64,000 bases of DNA from Candidatus Rokuibacteriota bacterium (lineage in GTDB: Bacteria > Methylomirabilota > Methylomirabilia > Rokubacteriales > CSP1-6), in contig QHSC01000101.1 of the NCBI GenBank assembly GCA_003220345.1, positions 5,693-69,692 of the forward strand. Direction: 5' to 3'. Position 1 is the stretch's first letter. The number at the start of each line of letters is the position of its first letter. Under the pieces are notes generated by a model. It was not told the origin of the DNA, ran no database searches, and was given only the letters and a program-made list of their open reading frames with translations. Position numbers and translations under genes: made by a program. Shown one piece after another: positions 35,083-43,991 of this stretch.

Positions 35083-35208
35083 TGTTCGAGCTGAAGCGTG
35101 CGCCGAGCCGGAGGCGAGGGGCACGATGAGGCGAGGGCTGAGAGGATCGTTCGAGCTGAAGCGTGCGCCGAGCCGGAGGGCGAGGGGCACGATGAGGCGA
35201 GGGCTGAG
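35079..35208 (+). repeat. intercistronic tandem repeat, family 1, locus A (2 units, period 65 nt)
   Basis: Units 35084-35142 and 35149-35208 are identical apart from a 1-nt insertion. The head ATGATGTTCGAGCTGAAGCG contains the ugpE stop. The tail CACGATGAGGCGAGGGCTGAG ends 3 nt before the ugpQ ATG. Confidence 0.95.
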
Positions 35209-35211
35209 TTG

Positions 35212-36032
35212 ATGAGGTTTGTCTTGGTGGCGGGCTGGGCGCTCTTTGGGCTCGCCGTCGTCGCGGGCTCGGTGGGAGGGCAGGGGAAGCCCGCCACGCT
35301 CCTGGCCGCGCACCGCGGCGGCGCCCTTCTCTGGCCCGAGAACAGCCTCCTCGCCTTCCGGAACGCCGTCGCCCTCGGCGCCGATTTCATCGAGTTCGAC
35401 GTCCACCTGTCGAGGGACGGCGAGGTGATGGTCATCCACGATCCGACGCTCGAGCGGACGACGAACGGCCAGGGCGCGGTGAGGGACCGGACCGTCGCCG
35501 AGCTCAAGGCCCTCCGTCTCAAGGACAGGGCGGGTGTCCCCACCGGCGAGACCGTGCCCACGCTCGACGAGGTCATTGCCGTCGCGTCCCAGGCCGGCCG
35601 CCGCATGCTGCTGGAGATCAAGCTCGACGCCGGCCGCGCCCGCTACCCCGGCATCGAGGAGAAGGTCCTCGCCCTCCTCGACCGCCACCGCATGGCCGGC
35701 TCGACCGTGGTGATGGCCTTCGAGCCCGCCACCTGGAAGCGCATGAGGGAGCTGCGTCCCGATCTCGCCGTTTGCGCCCTCTACTCCGCCCGGATGCTCG
35801 GGCGCACGACGCTGGCCGCCGAGCTGGAGACGCTGCGGGCCGCCGGCGTCGGCTTCGTCGGTCTCGAGCACACGGTGGTGGACACGGCGGCGGTGGCGCG
35901 GGCGCGACAGGCGGGGATCCAGGTCGGCGCGTGGACGGTCAACGACGCCGCGGCCATGCAGCGCCTCATCGACGCCGGCGTCGGCGTGCTCATCACGGAC
36001 CAGCCGGACGTGGCCAAGGCGCTCCTGGGACG

Positions 36033-36036
<4 letters not shown>
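35212..36036 (+). CDS. ugpQ: glycerophosphodiester phosphodiesterase (secreted)
   Basis: ATG 35212. Signal peptide [24 protein letters not shown] motifs AHRGG...PENS and [17 protein letters not shown] are present. The upstream part of ORF 35098.. is repeat-derived. Confidence 0.85.
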
Positions 36037-37529
<1,493 letters not shown>

Positions 37530-37549
37530 CCACTTTCAAGGAGACATTC

Positions 37550-38707
37550 ATGACGCGACTGATCGCCGCCGTGGCGGCGCTGGCTCTGCTGCTCTCTGCC
37601 CCCGGATTCGTGGGGCCTGCTCGGGCCCAGTCGCCCGCAGCGGCTCAGCCCGCCGGTGCTCAGATAGAAGGCGAGCTCAACCTCATCACTCCAATCTCGA
37701 AGTTCATCCACGACGCGTCCCTCAAGGCCTTCGCCGACTATGCCAGGGAGAAGTGGAACGTCACCGTGAAGGTGAACGCCATACCCGCGGGCACGCCGGT
37801 CGCCTACGGGCGCATCGTGGAGTGGAAGGGCAAGCCGGAGGCGGACATCTTCTGGGGCGGGGAGTCGGCGCTCTTCGAGAAGCTGGCCGAGCAGAAGCTG
37901 CTCCAGAAGCTCGAGATCTCGCGGGCCGCCTGGGAGTCCATTCCGGCCTCGATCGGCAAGCCCAAGCCCATTCCCCTCAAGGACAAGGACGGGTACTGGG
38001 TGGGCACGGCGCTGGAGCCCTATGGACTCGTCTACCACCCGCGCCGGCTCCAGCGGCTGGGCGTGGCCGAGCTGAAGGACTGGGAGGACCTCCTGAATCC
38101 GAAGCTCAAGGGCGAGGTGGCGCAGTGCGCGCCCACGCGCTCGTCCTCCTCGAACGCGACGTACGAGGTCATGCTCTCCATGCTCGGCGAGGAGAAGGGG
38201 TGGGAGTGGCTGACCCGCCTGGCCGCCAATACCGGCCACTTCACCGCGCGCAGCCGCGACGTGCCCACCGTGGTCGCCAAGGGCGAGTTCGCCGCGGGCT
38301 TCGCGGTGCCGTCCTACATGGCCTTCGAGGAGAAGCTGGCGGGCTTCGACATCAAGTTCGTGGCCCCCCGGAACGCCTTCGTCACCCCCGAGCCCATGGC
38401 CATCCTGGCGGGCGCCCGCAATCCCAAGGCCGCGCGCGCCTTCGTGGAGTTCCTCCTCACCGAGCGCGGGCAGAAGGTCTTCATGGAGCGCGGACTCTTT
38501 CCCATCACGCCGAAGTTCAAGGTCCAGGGCGCGCCGGGCTCGACGGCGGAGCTGGCCGTGGAGTTCACGGGCGGCGTGCGCTCGTACTTCGATCGCGACG
38601 TCTCGAACGTCTACGACGAGACGGTGGCGGCCAAGCGCTCCGACGCCCTCAAGACGCGCTTCCGCAGCGACATCGAGGTCAAGTGGGAGGACCTCAAGAA
38701 GAAGTAG
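37550..38707 (+). CDS. ABC transporter substrate-binding protein (Fe3+/FbpA-like family 1 SBP)
   Basis: ATG 37550 is 6 nt after AAGGAG. It has a signal peptide and is followed by an ATPase and a fused two-domain permease, as in Fbp/Thi-type importers. The substrate is not determinable. Confidence 0.7.
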   Translation: MTRLIAAVAALALLLSAPGFVGPARAQSPAAAQPAGAQIEGELNLITPISKFIHDASLKAFADYAREKWNVTVKVNAIPAGTPVAYGRIVEWKGKPEADIFWGGESALFEKLAEQKLLQKLEISRAAWESIPASIGKPKPIPLKDKDGYWVGTALEPYGLVYHPRRLQRLGVAELKDWEDLLNPKLKGEVAQCAPTRSSSSNATYEVMLSMLGEEKGWEWLTRLAANTGHFTARSRDVPTVVAKGEFAAGFAVPSYMAFEEKLAGFDIKFVAPRNAFVTPEPMAILAGARNPKAARAFVEFLLTERGQKVFMERGLFPITPKFKVQGAPGSTAELAVEFTGGVRSYFDRDVSNVYDETVAAKRSDALKTRFRSDIEVKWEDLKKK

Positions 38708-38717
38708 GGCGCCCCTC

Positions 38718-39803
38718 GTGGATATTCGCATCCGGGAGGTCGTCAAGCGGTTCGGCGCCGTCACCGCGGTGGACAGGGCGGATCTCACCGTGCGTGACGG
38801 CGAGCTGTTCACGCTGCTGGGCCCATCGGGCTGCGGCAAGACCACCTTGCTGCGGCTCCTCGCCGGGTTCTACCAGCCCGACGCCGGGGAGATCCACTTC
38901 GGGGGCCGCGTGGTCAGCGGTCTCGCGCCGTACGAGCGGAACATCGGCATGGTCTTCCAGAACTACGCCCTCTGGCCCCACATGACGGTGGCGGGCAACG
39001 TCGCCTACGGGCTCAAGCTGAAGAAGCTCGGCCGGACCGAGGTGGAGCGCCGCCTGCGCGAAGGCCTCGCCAAGGTCAACCTCGCGGGCTTCGACGGGCG
39101 CTACCCCGGGCAGCTCTCGGGCGGCCAGCAACAGCGGGTGGCCCTCGCCCGCGCCCTCGTGCTCAACCCCGACATCCTCCTCCTCGACGAGCCGCTCTCG
39201 AACCTGGACGCGAAGATCCGCGTCCAGGTGCGCGCGGAGATCCGGAGCCTCCAGCAGGAGCTGCGCATCACGACCATCTATGTCACGCACGACCAGGAGG
39301 AAGCCCTCTCGCTCTCCGATCGCGTGGCCGTGATGAAGGACGGCCGCGTGCTGCAGGTGGGCGCGCCCAAGGAGCTCTACGAGCGGCCGCGCACACGCTT
39401 CGTCGCCGATTTCGTGGGCACCAACAACCTCGTGCCCGGACGGGTGAGCGAGCAGCGCTCCGGGCAGCTCGTCGTGGAGACGGCGCTCGGCCCGCTGCGG
39501 GCCATCGCGGAGGCTGCCGTCGGCGAGCGCTGCGTGCTCGCCATCCGCCCGGAGAACGTCGCCCTCGATTCACGTTCGGCGCCGGACGGTAATCTCGTGC
39601 GCGGCCGCATCGCGTTCGTCTCGTATCTCGGGAGCACCGTGCGCTACGACGTGGAGGCGGCGGGTGGCCAGATCATGCGGGCCGATGTCCGTGATGCCTG
39701 GCACCACGAGCCGCTCGCCATCGGCCGGGACGTCGCCCTCAGCTTTCCCGCCTCGGTGACGCTGGCCCTCGCCGCCGATGACGTCGAGACGGATGATGTC
39801 TAG
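38718..39803 (+). CDS. ABC transporter ATP-binding protein with C-terminal TOBE-like domain
   Basis: Walker A GPSGCGKTT, signature LSGGQQQR and Walker B ILLLDEP are present. 361 aa. GTG start. Confidence 0.9.
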   Translation: MDIRIREVVKRFGAVTAVDRADLTVRDGELFTLLGPSGCGKTTLLRLLAGFYQPDAGEIHFGGRVVSGLAPYERNIGMVFQNYALWPHMTVAGNVAYGLKLKKLGRTEVERRLREGLAKVNLAGFDGRYPGQLSGGQQQRVALARALVLNPDILLLDEPLSNLDAKIRVQVRAEIRSLQQELRITTIYVTHDQEEALSLSDRVAVMKDGRVLQVGAPKELYERPRTRFVADFVGTNNLVPGRVSEQRSGQLVVETALGPLRAIAEAAVGERCVLAIRPENVALDSRSAPDGNLVRGRIAFVSYLGSTVRYDVEAAGGQIMRADVRDAWHHEPLAIGRDVALSFPASVTLALAADDVETDDV

Positions 39804-41466
39804 ACGGCGGGCCCTGCCCCTCCTCGGGGTCGGCCTGCTCTGGCTCTTCCTCGCCCTCTTTCTCGTCTACCCGCTCCTCCGGATCTTCTACGACGCGGTC
39901 ACCGACGAGGGCGGACGGCTCACCCTCGTGAACTTCGCGGCCTTCTTCACCGACGCCTTCTACCTGCGCGCGCTCTGGAAATCCCTCGTGCTCGGCGCGG
40001 CCACGGTGGCCGCCTCTTCCGTGATCGGCATCGCCGTCGCCTTCCTCCTCGTGCGCTTCGACTTTCCCGGGCGCTCGCTCTTCGGCTACCTGACCATGAT
40101 TCCCATCATCTCGCCGCCCCTCGTGGGCACCCTCGGCTTCATCTTCATCCTCGGTCGGGCAGGCTCCATCAACGTGCTCCTCCAGGACGTCTTCGATCTC
40201 CTCCGGCCCATCAACTTCCTCTACGGCCTCCACGGCGTCGTCCTCGTGGAGACGCTCCATCTCTTTCCCATGATCACCCTCAACGTGGTGGACGCCCTCG
40301 GCAAGATCGACCCCTCGCTCGAAGAGGCGGCGGAGAGCGTGGGCGCGCGGGGATGGCGGAAGTTCTGGACGGTGACGCTGCCCCTCATGACACCGGGCTA
40401 CGTCGCGGGCGCGCTCCTCGTCTTCATCTGGACCTTCTCGGACTTCGCCACCCCGCTCATCCTGGGCGTCCAGGACCTGCTCGCTCCCCAGGCGTATCTC
40501 AACATCGTGCAGTTCGTGGACCGCCGCATCTTCCGGATGGGGATCGTGATCTCGGCCCTGATGGTGATCCTGGCCGTGGTCTTCCTCATGGTCGCCCGGC
40601 GCTGGGTCGGCCTCAAGGACTACGCCTCGCTCTCTTATACGGTGGTGGAGCGCCGCCGGTTGACCAGGTGGAAGCAGGCGGGCGCCGTGGGGTTTCTCTC
40701 CATGCTCATGCTGCTCTCCTTCATTCCGTACGCGGGCGTGGCCCTCGCCTCGTTCAGCAAGGGCTGGTCGCTCACCCCGCTGCCCCTCTCCTACACCCTC
40801 CAGCACTACGAGCGGGTCATCGTGGAGACGCCGAAGTACATTCTCAACAGCTTCCTCTATTCGGGACTCGCGGTGGCCCTGTGCATCGTCGTGGGAGTGC
40901 CCATCGCCTGGGTGCTCGCGCGCTCCCGGCTGCCCGGGCGGGGCGCGCTCGACTCGATCAACACGCTCATCTTGGCCGTGCCCGGCACCGCCATCGGCAT
41001 CGCCTACATCCGCGCCTTCCACTTCGACCTGCCCGGCTTCGATCGCGGGCTGACGTCCTTCTGGATCATCATGCCGATCGTGCTCGCGGTGCGACGGCTG
41101 CCCTACACCGTGCGGGCCGCCCACTCCTCGCTCCTGCTCGTCCACCGATCCATGGAAGAGGCCGCCCAGAGCGTGGGCGCCACGGGACTGCGGACGATCC
41201 GCGACATCAGCCTCCCCTTGATCTGGAAAGGGATCGTCGTGGGCAGCCTCTTTTCCTTCATGACCTCGCTGCAGGAGGCGTCCGCCGTCCTCTTCCTGGC
41301 TCTCGGTGGGTGGGAGATGATCACCAACGGGATCTTCACCTTCTATATCGCGGGCAGCTCGAGCGAGGCGGCCGCGCTCGGGGCCATTCTCATCGCCGTC
41401 GCCGCCCTCAGCGTCCTTCTCATCAACAGACTGGCCGCGGGTCGAATGGGCGGCGTCTTCGGCTAA
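39778..41466 (+). CDS. ABC transporter permease, duplicated (two-domain) Fbp-type
   Basis: 562 aa with two EAA-loop regions (LEEAAESVGARGWRKFWTVTLP; MEEAAQSVGATGLRTIRDISLP). The start is ambiguous (39778/39793/39796) and overlaps the ATPase stop. Confidence 0.85.
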   Translation: MTSRRMMSRRRALPLLGVGLLWLFLALFLVYPLLRIFYDAVTDEGGRLTLVNFAAFFTDAFYLRALWKSLVLGAATVAASSVIGIAVAFLLVRFDFPGRSLFGYLTMIPIISPPLVGTLGFIFILGRAGSINVLLQDVFDLLRPINFLYGLHGVVLVETLHLFPMITLNVVDALGKIDPSLEEAAESVGARGWRKFWTVTLPLMTPGYVAGALLVFIWTFSDFATPLILGVQDLLAPQAYLNIVQFVDRRIFRMGIVISALMVILAVVFLMVARRWVGLKDYASLSYTVVERRRLTRWKQAGAVGFLSMLMLLSFIPYAGVALASFSKGWSLTPLPLSYTLQHYERVIVETPKYILNSFLYSGLAVALCIVVGVPIAWVLARSRLPGRGALDSINTLILAVPGTAIGIAYIRAFHFDLPGFDRGLTSFWIIMPIVLAVRRLPYTVRAAHSSLLLVHRSMEEAAQSVGATGLRTIRDISLPLIWKGIVVGSLFSFMTSLQEASAVLFLALGGWEMITNGIFTFYIAGSSSEAAALGAILIAVAALSVLLINRLAAGRMGGVFG

Positions 41467-41543
41467 CGATCTGAGGGGCTTTGTGCGTAACCGACATCTT
41501 TTCCGACCTTCTTCTGAACGTGAAATCAACTACTTGACTCAAC

Positions 41544-41572
41544 TTGTGCAGCCGGGAACGCTGTGATAGTGT
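41544..41572 (+). promoter_or_regulatory. candidate promoter upstream of atpZ (TTGTGC-17 nt-TAGTGT with TGn extension)
   Basis: It lies in the only AT-richer stretch of the 117-nt gap. The match is weak and alternative boxes exist (TTGACT 41534-41539). Confidence 0.25.
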
Positions 41573-41582
41573 TCCTGTTCAC

Positions 41583-41825
41583 ATGGCTCCGGGCAGTGAA
41601 CGGCCGCCACGTGGCCAAGGCGCGCAGCTCATCAATCTCGGGACCATGCTGTTTGCGTGCGTCGCAGTGGGGCTGGCGGTCGGATACTTCGCGGATCGAT
41701 GGCTGGGGACTCAGCCGTGGCTCCTGCTGATCGGGCTCGGCTTCGGCATCGCGGCGGCGGGCGTGAACTTCTATCGCACGATCAAGACCCTGAACCGAAT
41801 GGATGACTCCGGGGACGATGCCTGA
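41583..41825 (+). CDS. atpZ: AtpZ/ATPase_gene1-like small membrane protein
   Basis: Two TM helices (LFACVAVGLAVGYFADRWLGT.PWLLLIGLGFGIAAAGVNFY). It occupies the position before atpI-atpB. Start ATG 41583 is preferred over 41544. Confidence 0.65.
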   Translation: MAPGSERPPRGQGAQLINLGTMLFACVAVGLAVGYFADRWLGTQPWLLLIGLGFGIAAAGVNFYRTIKTLNRMDDSGDDA

Positions 41826-42183
41826 TCTGACCACTCGCGTGACGTGGGCGGGCGCCTGGACGGTGGCGGCCCTGAGCGCGGGCGCCTGGTGGCTGGCCGG
41901 CATGCCCGCTGCGGCGGGAGTGACGGGCGGCGGTCTCATCGGCATCATCAATTTCCGCTGGCTCGCCCGCGACCTGCGGCGGGCCGTCGCCCTCGTGGCT
42001 GACGGGCAGGCGAGCTTGGTGCGTGTGGGTCGCGTGGGCCTGCGCCAGCTCTTCACGTTCGGCGCCCTGGGCGCCCTCGTGGCCCAGGGGTGGGCCAATC
42101 CCGTCGCCGTGGGCGTGGGGTTGGCCGCGCTGCCTCCGGTGCTGCTGTGCCAGGGGCTTCTGAGCGCCCGAGAGGACGACTAG
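41818..42183 (+). CDS. atpI: ATP synthase protein I-like membrane protein
   Basis: About 121 aa, hydrophobic, directly upstream of atpB. ATG 41818 overlaps the atpZ stop (ATGCCTGA). Confidence 0.55.
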   Translation: MPDLTTRVTWAGAWTVAALSAGAWWLAGMPAAAGVTGGGLIGIINFRWLARDLRRAVALVADGQASLVRVGRVGLRQLFTFGALGALVAQGWANPVAVGVGLAALPPVLLCQGLLSAREDD

Positions 42184-42186
42184 GCC

Positions 42187-42942
42187 ATGGAGCTCATCGA
42201 GCACCCGCCGATTCTCCGCGTCCCTCACATCCCCGACCAGGTCCTGTACATGTGGATCGTCATGGCGGTGCTCGTCGTCGTCTCCATCGTGGCCACGCGC
42301 CGCCTCCATCTGGTGCCGCACGGCACCCAGAACATGATGGAGGTCATCCTCGAGCAGTTCGTCAAGGAGCTGGACGAGACGATCGGGCACGACGGCCGGC
42401 GCTATCTGCCCCTCATCGCCACCCTGGGTCTCTTCATCCTGACCTCGAACCTCATGGGGCTCGTGCCAGGGCTCGTCGCCCCCACCGCCAATCTCAACAC
42501 CACCGCCGCCTGCGCCCTCATCGTGTTCTTCACGTATCACTGGATCGGGGCGCGGAAGCAGGGGGTCATCCCGTACCTCAAGCACTTCGCGGGCCCCGTG
42601 CCCACCCTGCTCAAGCCGCTGATGTTCGTCATCGAGATCATCAGCCACTGCGCGCGGCCGCTGTCGCTGTCCCTTCGCCTCTTCGGCAACATGATGGCCG
42701 GCCACATCCTCCTCGCCATCTTTTTCTTCATGATGGGGCTGGACGGGATGCTCGGCTGGGCACTGTCAGGCTCCCTGGGAGGGATCCTCATCGGGGCGCC
42801 CGCCACCCTCATCATGGTCGTGTTCGTGGTCGGCTTTTTGCTGCCCCTCAAGATCCTGGTGGCCCTGATCCAGACCTTCATCTTCTGCAAGCTGGCCATG
42901 CTCTACATCGCCGCGGCTGTCGAGGAAACCGAACACCACTAG
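42187..42942 (+). CDS. atpB: F0F1 ATP synthase subunit a
   Basis: 251 aa. The conserved Arg context is ARPLSLSLRLFGNMMAGH. Confidence 0.92.
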   Translation: MELIEHPPILRVPHIPDQVLYMWIVMAVLVVVSIVATRRLHLVPHGTQNMMEVILEQFVKELDETIGHDGRRYLPLIATLGLFILTSNLMGLVPGLVAPTANLNTTAACALIVFFTYHWIGARKQGVIPYLKHFAGPVPTLLKPLMFVIEIISHCARPLSLSLRLFGNMMAGHILLAIFFFMMGLDGMLGWALSGSLGGILIGAPATLIMVVFVVGFLLPLKILVALIQTFIFCKLAMLYIAAAVEETEHH

Positions 42943-42975
42943 CGGCAATCACCACTACCTATAAGGAGGAGTGCC

Positions 42976-43290
42976 GTGCGACGCACTGTCACGTTGACCC
43001 TGATGGCGATTCTGGCCGCGCCCGGGATGGCCTGGGCCGCCGAGGCGGCCGCCGGGGATTTCCCGAAGGCCTTCGCCGTCCTCGCCGCGGGCATCGGGTT
43101 CGGCCTGGCCGCCGGCCTCTGCGGCCTCGGCCAGGGCCGCGCCGCGGGCTCGGCCGTGGACGCCATGGCGCGCCAGCCCGGCGCCATCGCGCGCATCCAG
43201 ACCGCCATGCTGCTCGGCCTGGCCTTCATCGAGTCACTCGTTCTCTTCGTCTTCGTCATCGCGGTCATCTTGCTGTTCGTGAAGTCGTAG
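42976..43290 (+). CDS. atpE: F0F1 ATP synthase subunit c with N-terminal signal-like extension
   Basis: The core [19 protein letters not shown]...[18 protein letters not shown] is a c-subunit hairpin with carboxylate Glu. About 29 extra N-terminal residues ([21 protein letters not shown]) are present. GTG start after GGAGGAG. Confidence 0.85.
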   Translation: MRRTVTLTLMAILAAPGMAWAAEAAAGDFPKAFAVLAAGIGFGLAAGLCGLGQGRAAGSAVDAMARQPGAIARIQTAMLLGLAFIESLVLFVFVIAVILLFVKS

Positions 43291-43306
43291 CGGGAGCAGG
43301 AATCCC

Positions 43307-43338
43307 GGGCGTCCCGGGGCCACGTGCCCGGGACGTCC
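43307..43338 (+). terminator. 12-bp GC-rich hairpin between atpE and rex (no U-tract)
   Basis: GGGCGTCCCGGG (43307-43318), an 8-nt loop, and CCCGGGACGTCC (43327-43338), with one G.U pair. It could be an attenuator, processing site or weak terminator. Confidence 0.3.
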
Positions 43339-43352
43339 GAAGCCGCGCGGAA

Positions 43353-43982
43353 ATGGCTCGACGGTCCCAGTTCAAGATTCCCCGCATCCCGGAGATGACG
43401 GTCCGGCGCCTGTCCGTGTACACGCGCTGTCTCCTGCAGCTCGAAGAGGACGGGGTCAAGACCATCTCGTCCCAGGAGCTGGCCGAGCGCTTCAGCCTGA
43501 ACTCCGCCCAGGTCAGGAAGGACCTCGCCTACTTCGGCGAATTCGGCGTGCGCGGCATCGGCTACTACGTCTCGGGCCTCAAGGCCGAGCTCCAGCGCAT
43601 CCTGGGGCTGGATCGCGAGTGGCAGGTGGCGCTGGTGGGCTTCGGCAACCTGGGCTCGGCGCTCTTCCACTACAAGGGCTTCGCCCGCCAGGGCTTCCGA
43701 ATCTCGGCCATCTTCGACGACGATCCCGGCAAGGCGGGCAAGCTGGCCGATGGCGTGCCCATCCTGCCCATGCGTGACCTCGCGCGCGAGACCAAGGGCC
43801 GCAATCTCCAGATCGCCATCGTGGCGGTGCCCGCCGAATCGGCCCAGCCGGTGACGGAGAAGCTCGTGGCGGCCGGGATCAAGGCCATCCTCAACTTCGC
43901 CCCGGGGCGCATTCGCGCTCCCAAGGACGTGCGGTTCAAGAGGCGAGGGGCGGGTGCTAAGCTGCCTGGTGGTGTCGCGTAG
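43353..43982 (+). CDS. rex: redox-sensing transcriptional repressor Rex (atypical C-terminus)
   Basis: Motifs IPEMTVRRLSVYTRCL, LAYFGEFGVRGIGY, the Rossmann motif LVGFGNLGSAL and ILNFAP are present. The last ~15 residues (RRGAGAKLPGGVA) do not resemble the usual C-terminal helix. Confidence 0.85.
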   Translation: MARRSQFKIPRIPEMTVRRLSVYTRCLLQLEEDGVKTISSQELAERFSLNSAQVRKDLAYFGEFGVRGIGYYVSGLKAELQRILGLDREWQVALVGFGNLGSALFHYKGFARQGFRISAIFDDDPGKAGKLADGVPILPMRDLARETKGRNLQIAIVAVPAESAQPVTEKLVAAGIKAILNFAPGRIRAPKDVRFKRRGAGAKLPGGVA

Positions 43983-43991
43983 CGTTCGTTC

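Noticed and set aside
35080-35094. Selenocysteine or programmed read-through at the TGA embedded in the repeat head. ugpE and ugpQ happen to be in the same frame.
   Set aside because: A second in-frame TGA follows three codons later (35092-35094). The upstream proteins end at normal C-termini, and no SECIS-like hairpin lies at the right distance.
35079-35208. CRISPR array interpretation of the tandem repeats at 35.1, 54.1, 59.4 and 61.1 kb.
   Set aside because: There are only 2-4 units. The spacers are 5-6 nt (or zero for the 62-mer). The units are 59-62 nt, and there are no cas genes. The architecture does not fit CRISPR.
35079-35208. Integron attC sites (an element starting GTT... right at a gene end).
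   Set aside because: The head GTTCGAG does not fit the GTTRRRY core. No inverse core (RYYYAAC) or imperfect dyad is present. The flanking genes are conserved operon members rather than cassettes, and no intI is seen.
41562-41583. Possible Rex operator upstream of atpZ (TGTGA...TTCACA).
   Set aside because: The half-sites are about 11-12 nt apart, instead of the ~4-6 nt in the known TTGTGAA-N-TTCACAA Rex box. The site also overlaps the predicted start codon. The match is too weak to call.
41583-43290. N-type (Na+-translocating) ATPase operon.
   Set aside because: The N-ATPase gene order (atpD-C-Q-R-B-E-F-A-G) is not present, and only part of the Na+ motif is seen in subunit c. This looks like the membrane half of a split F-type operon.
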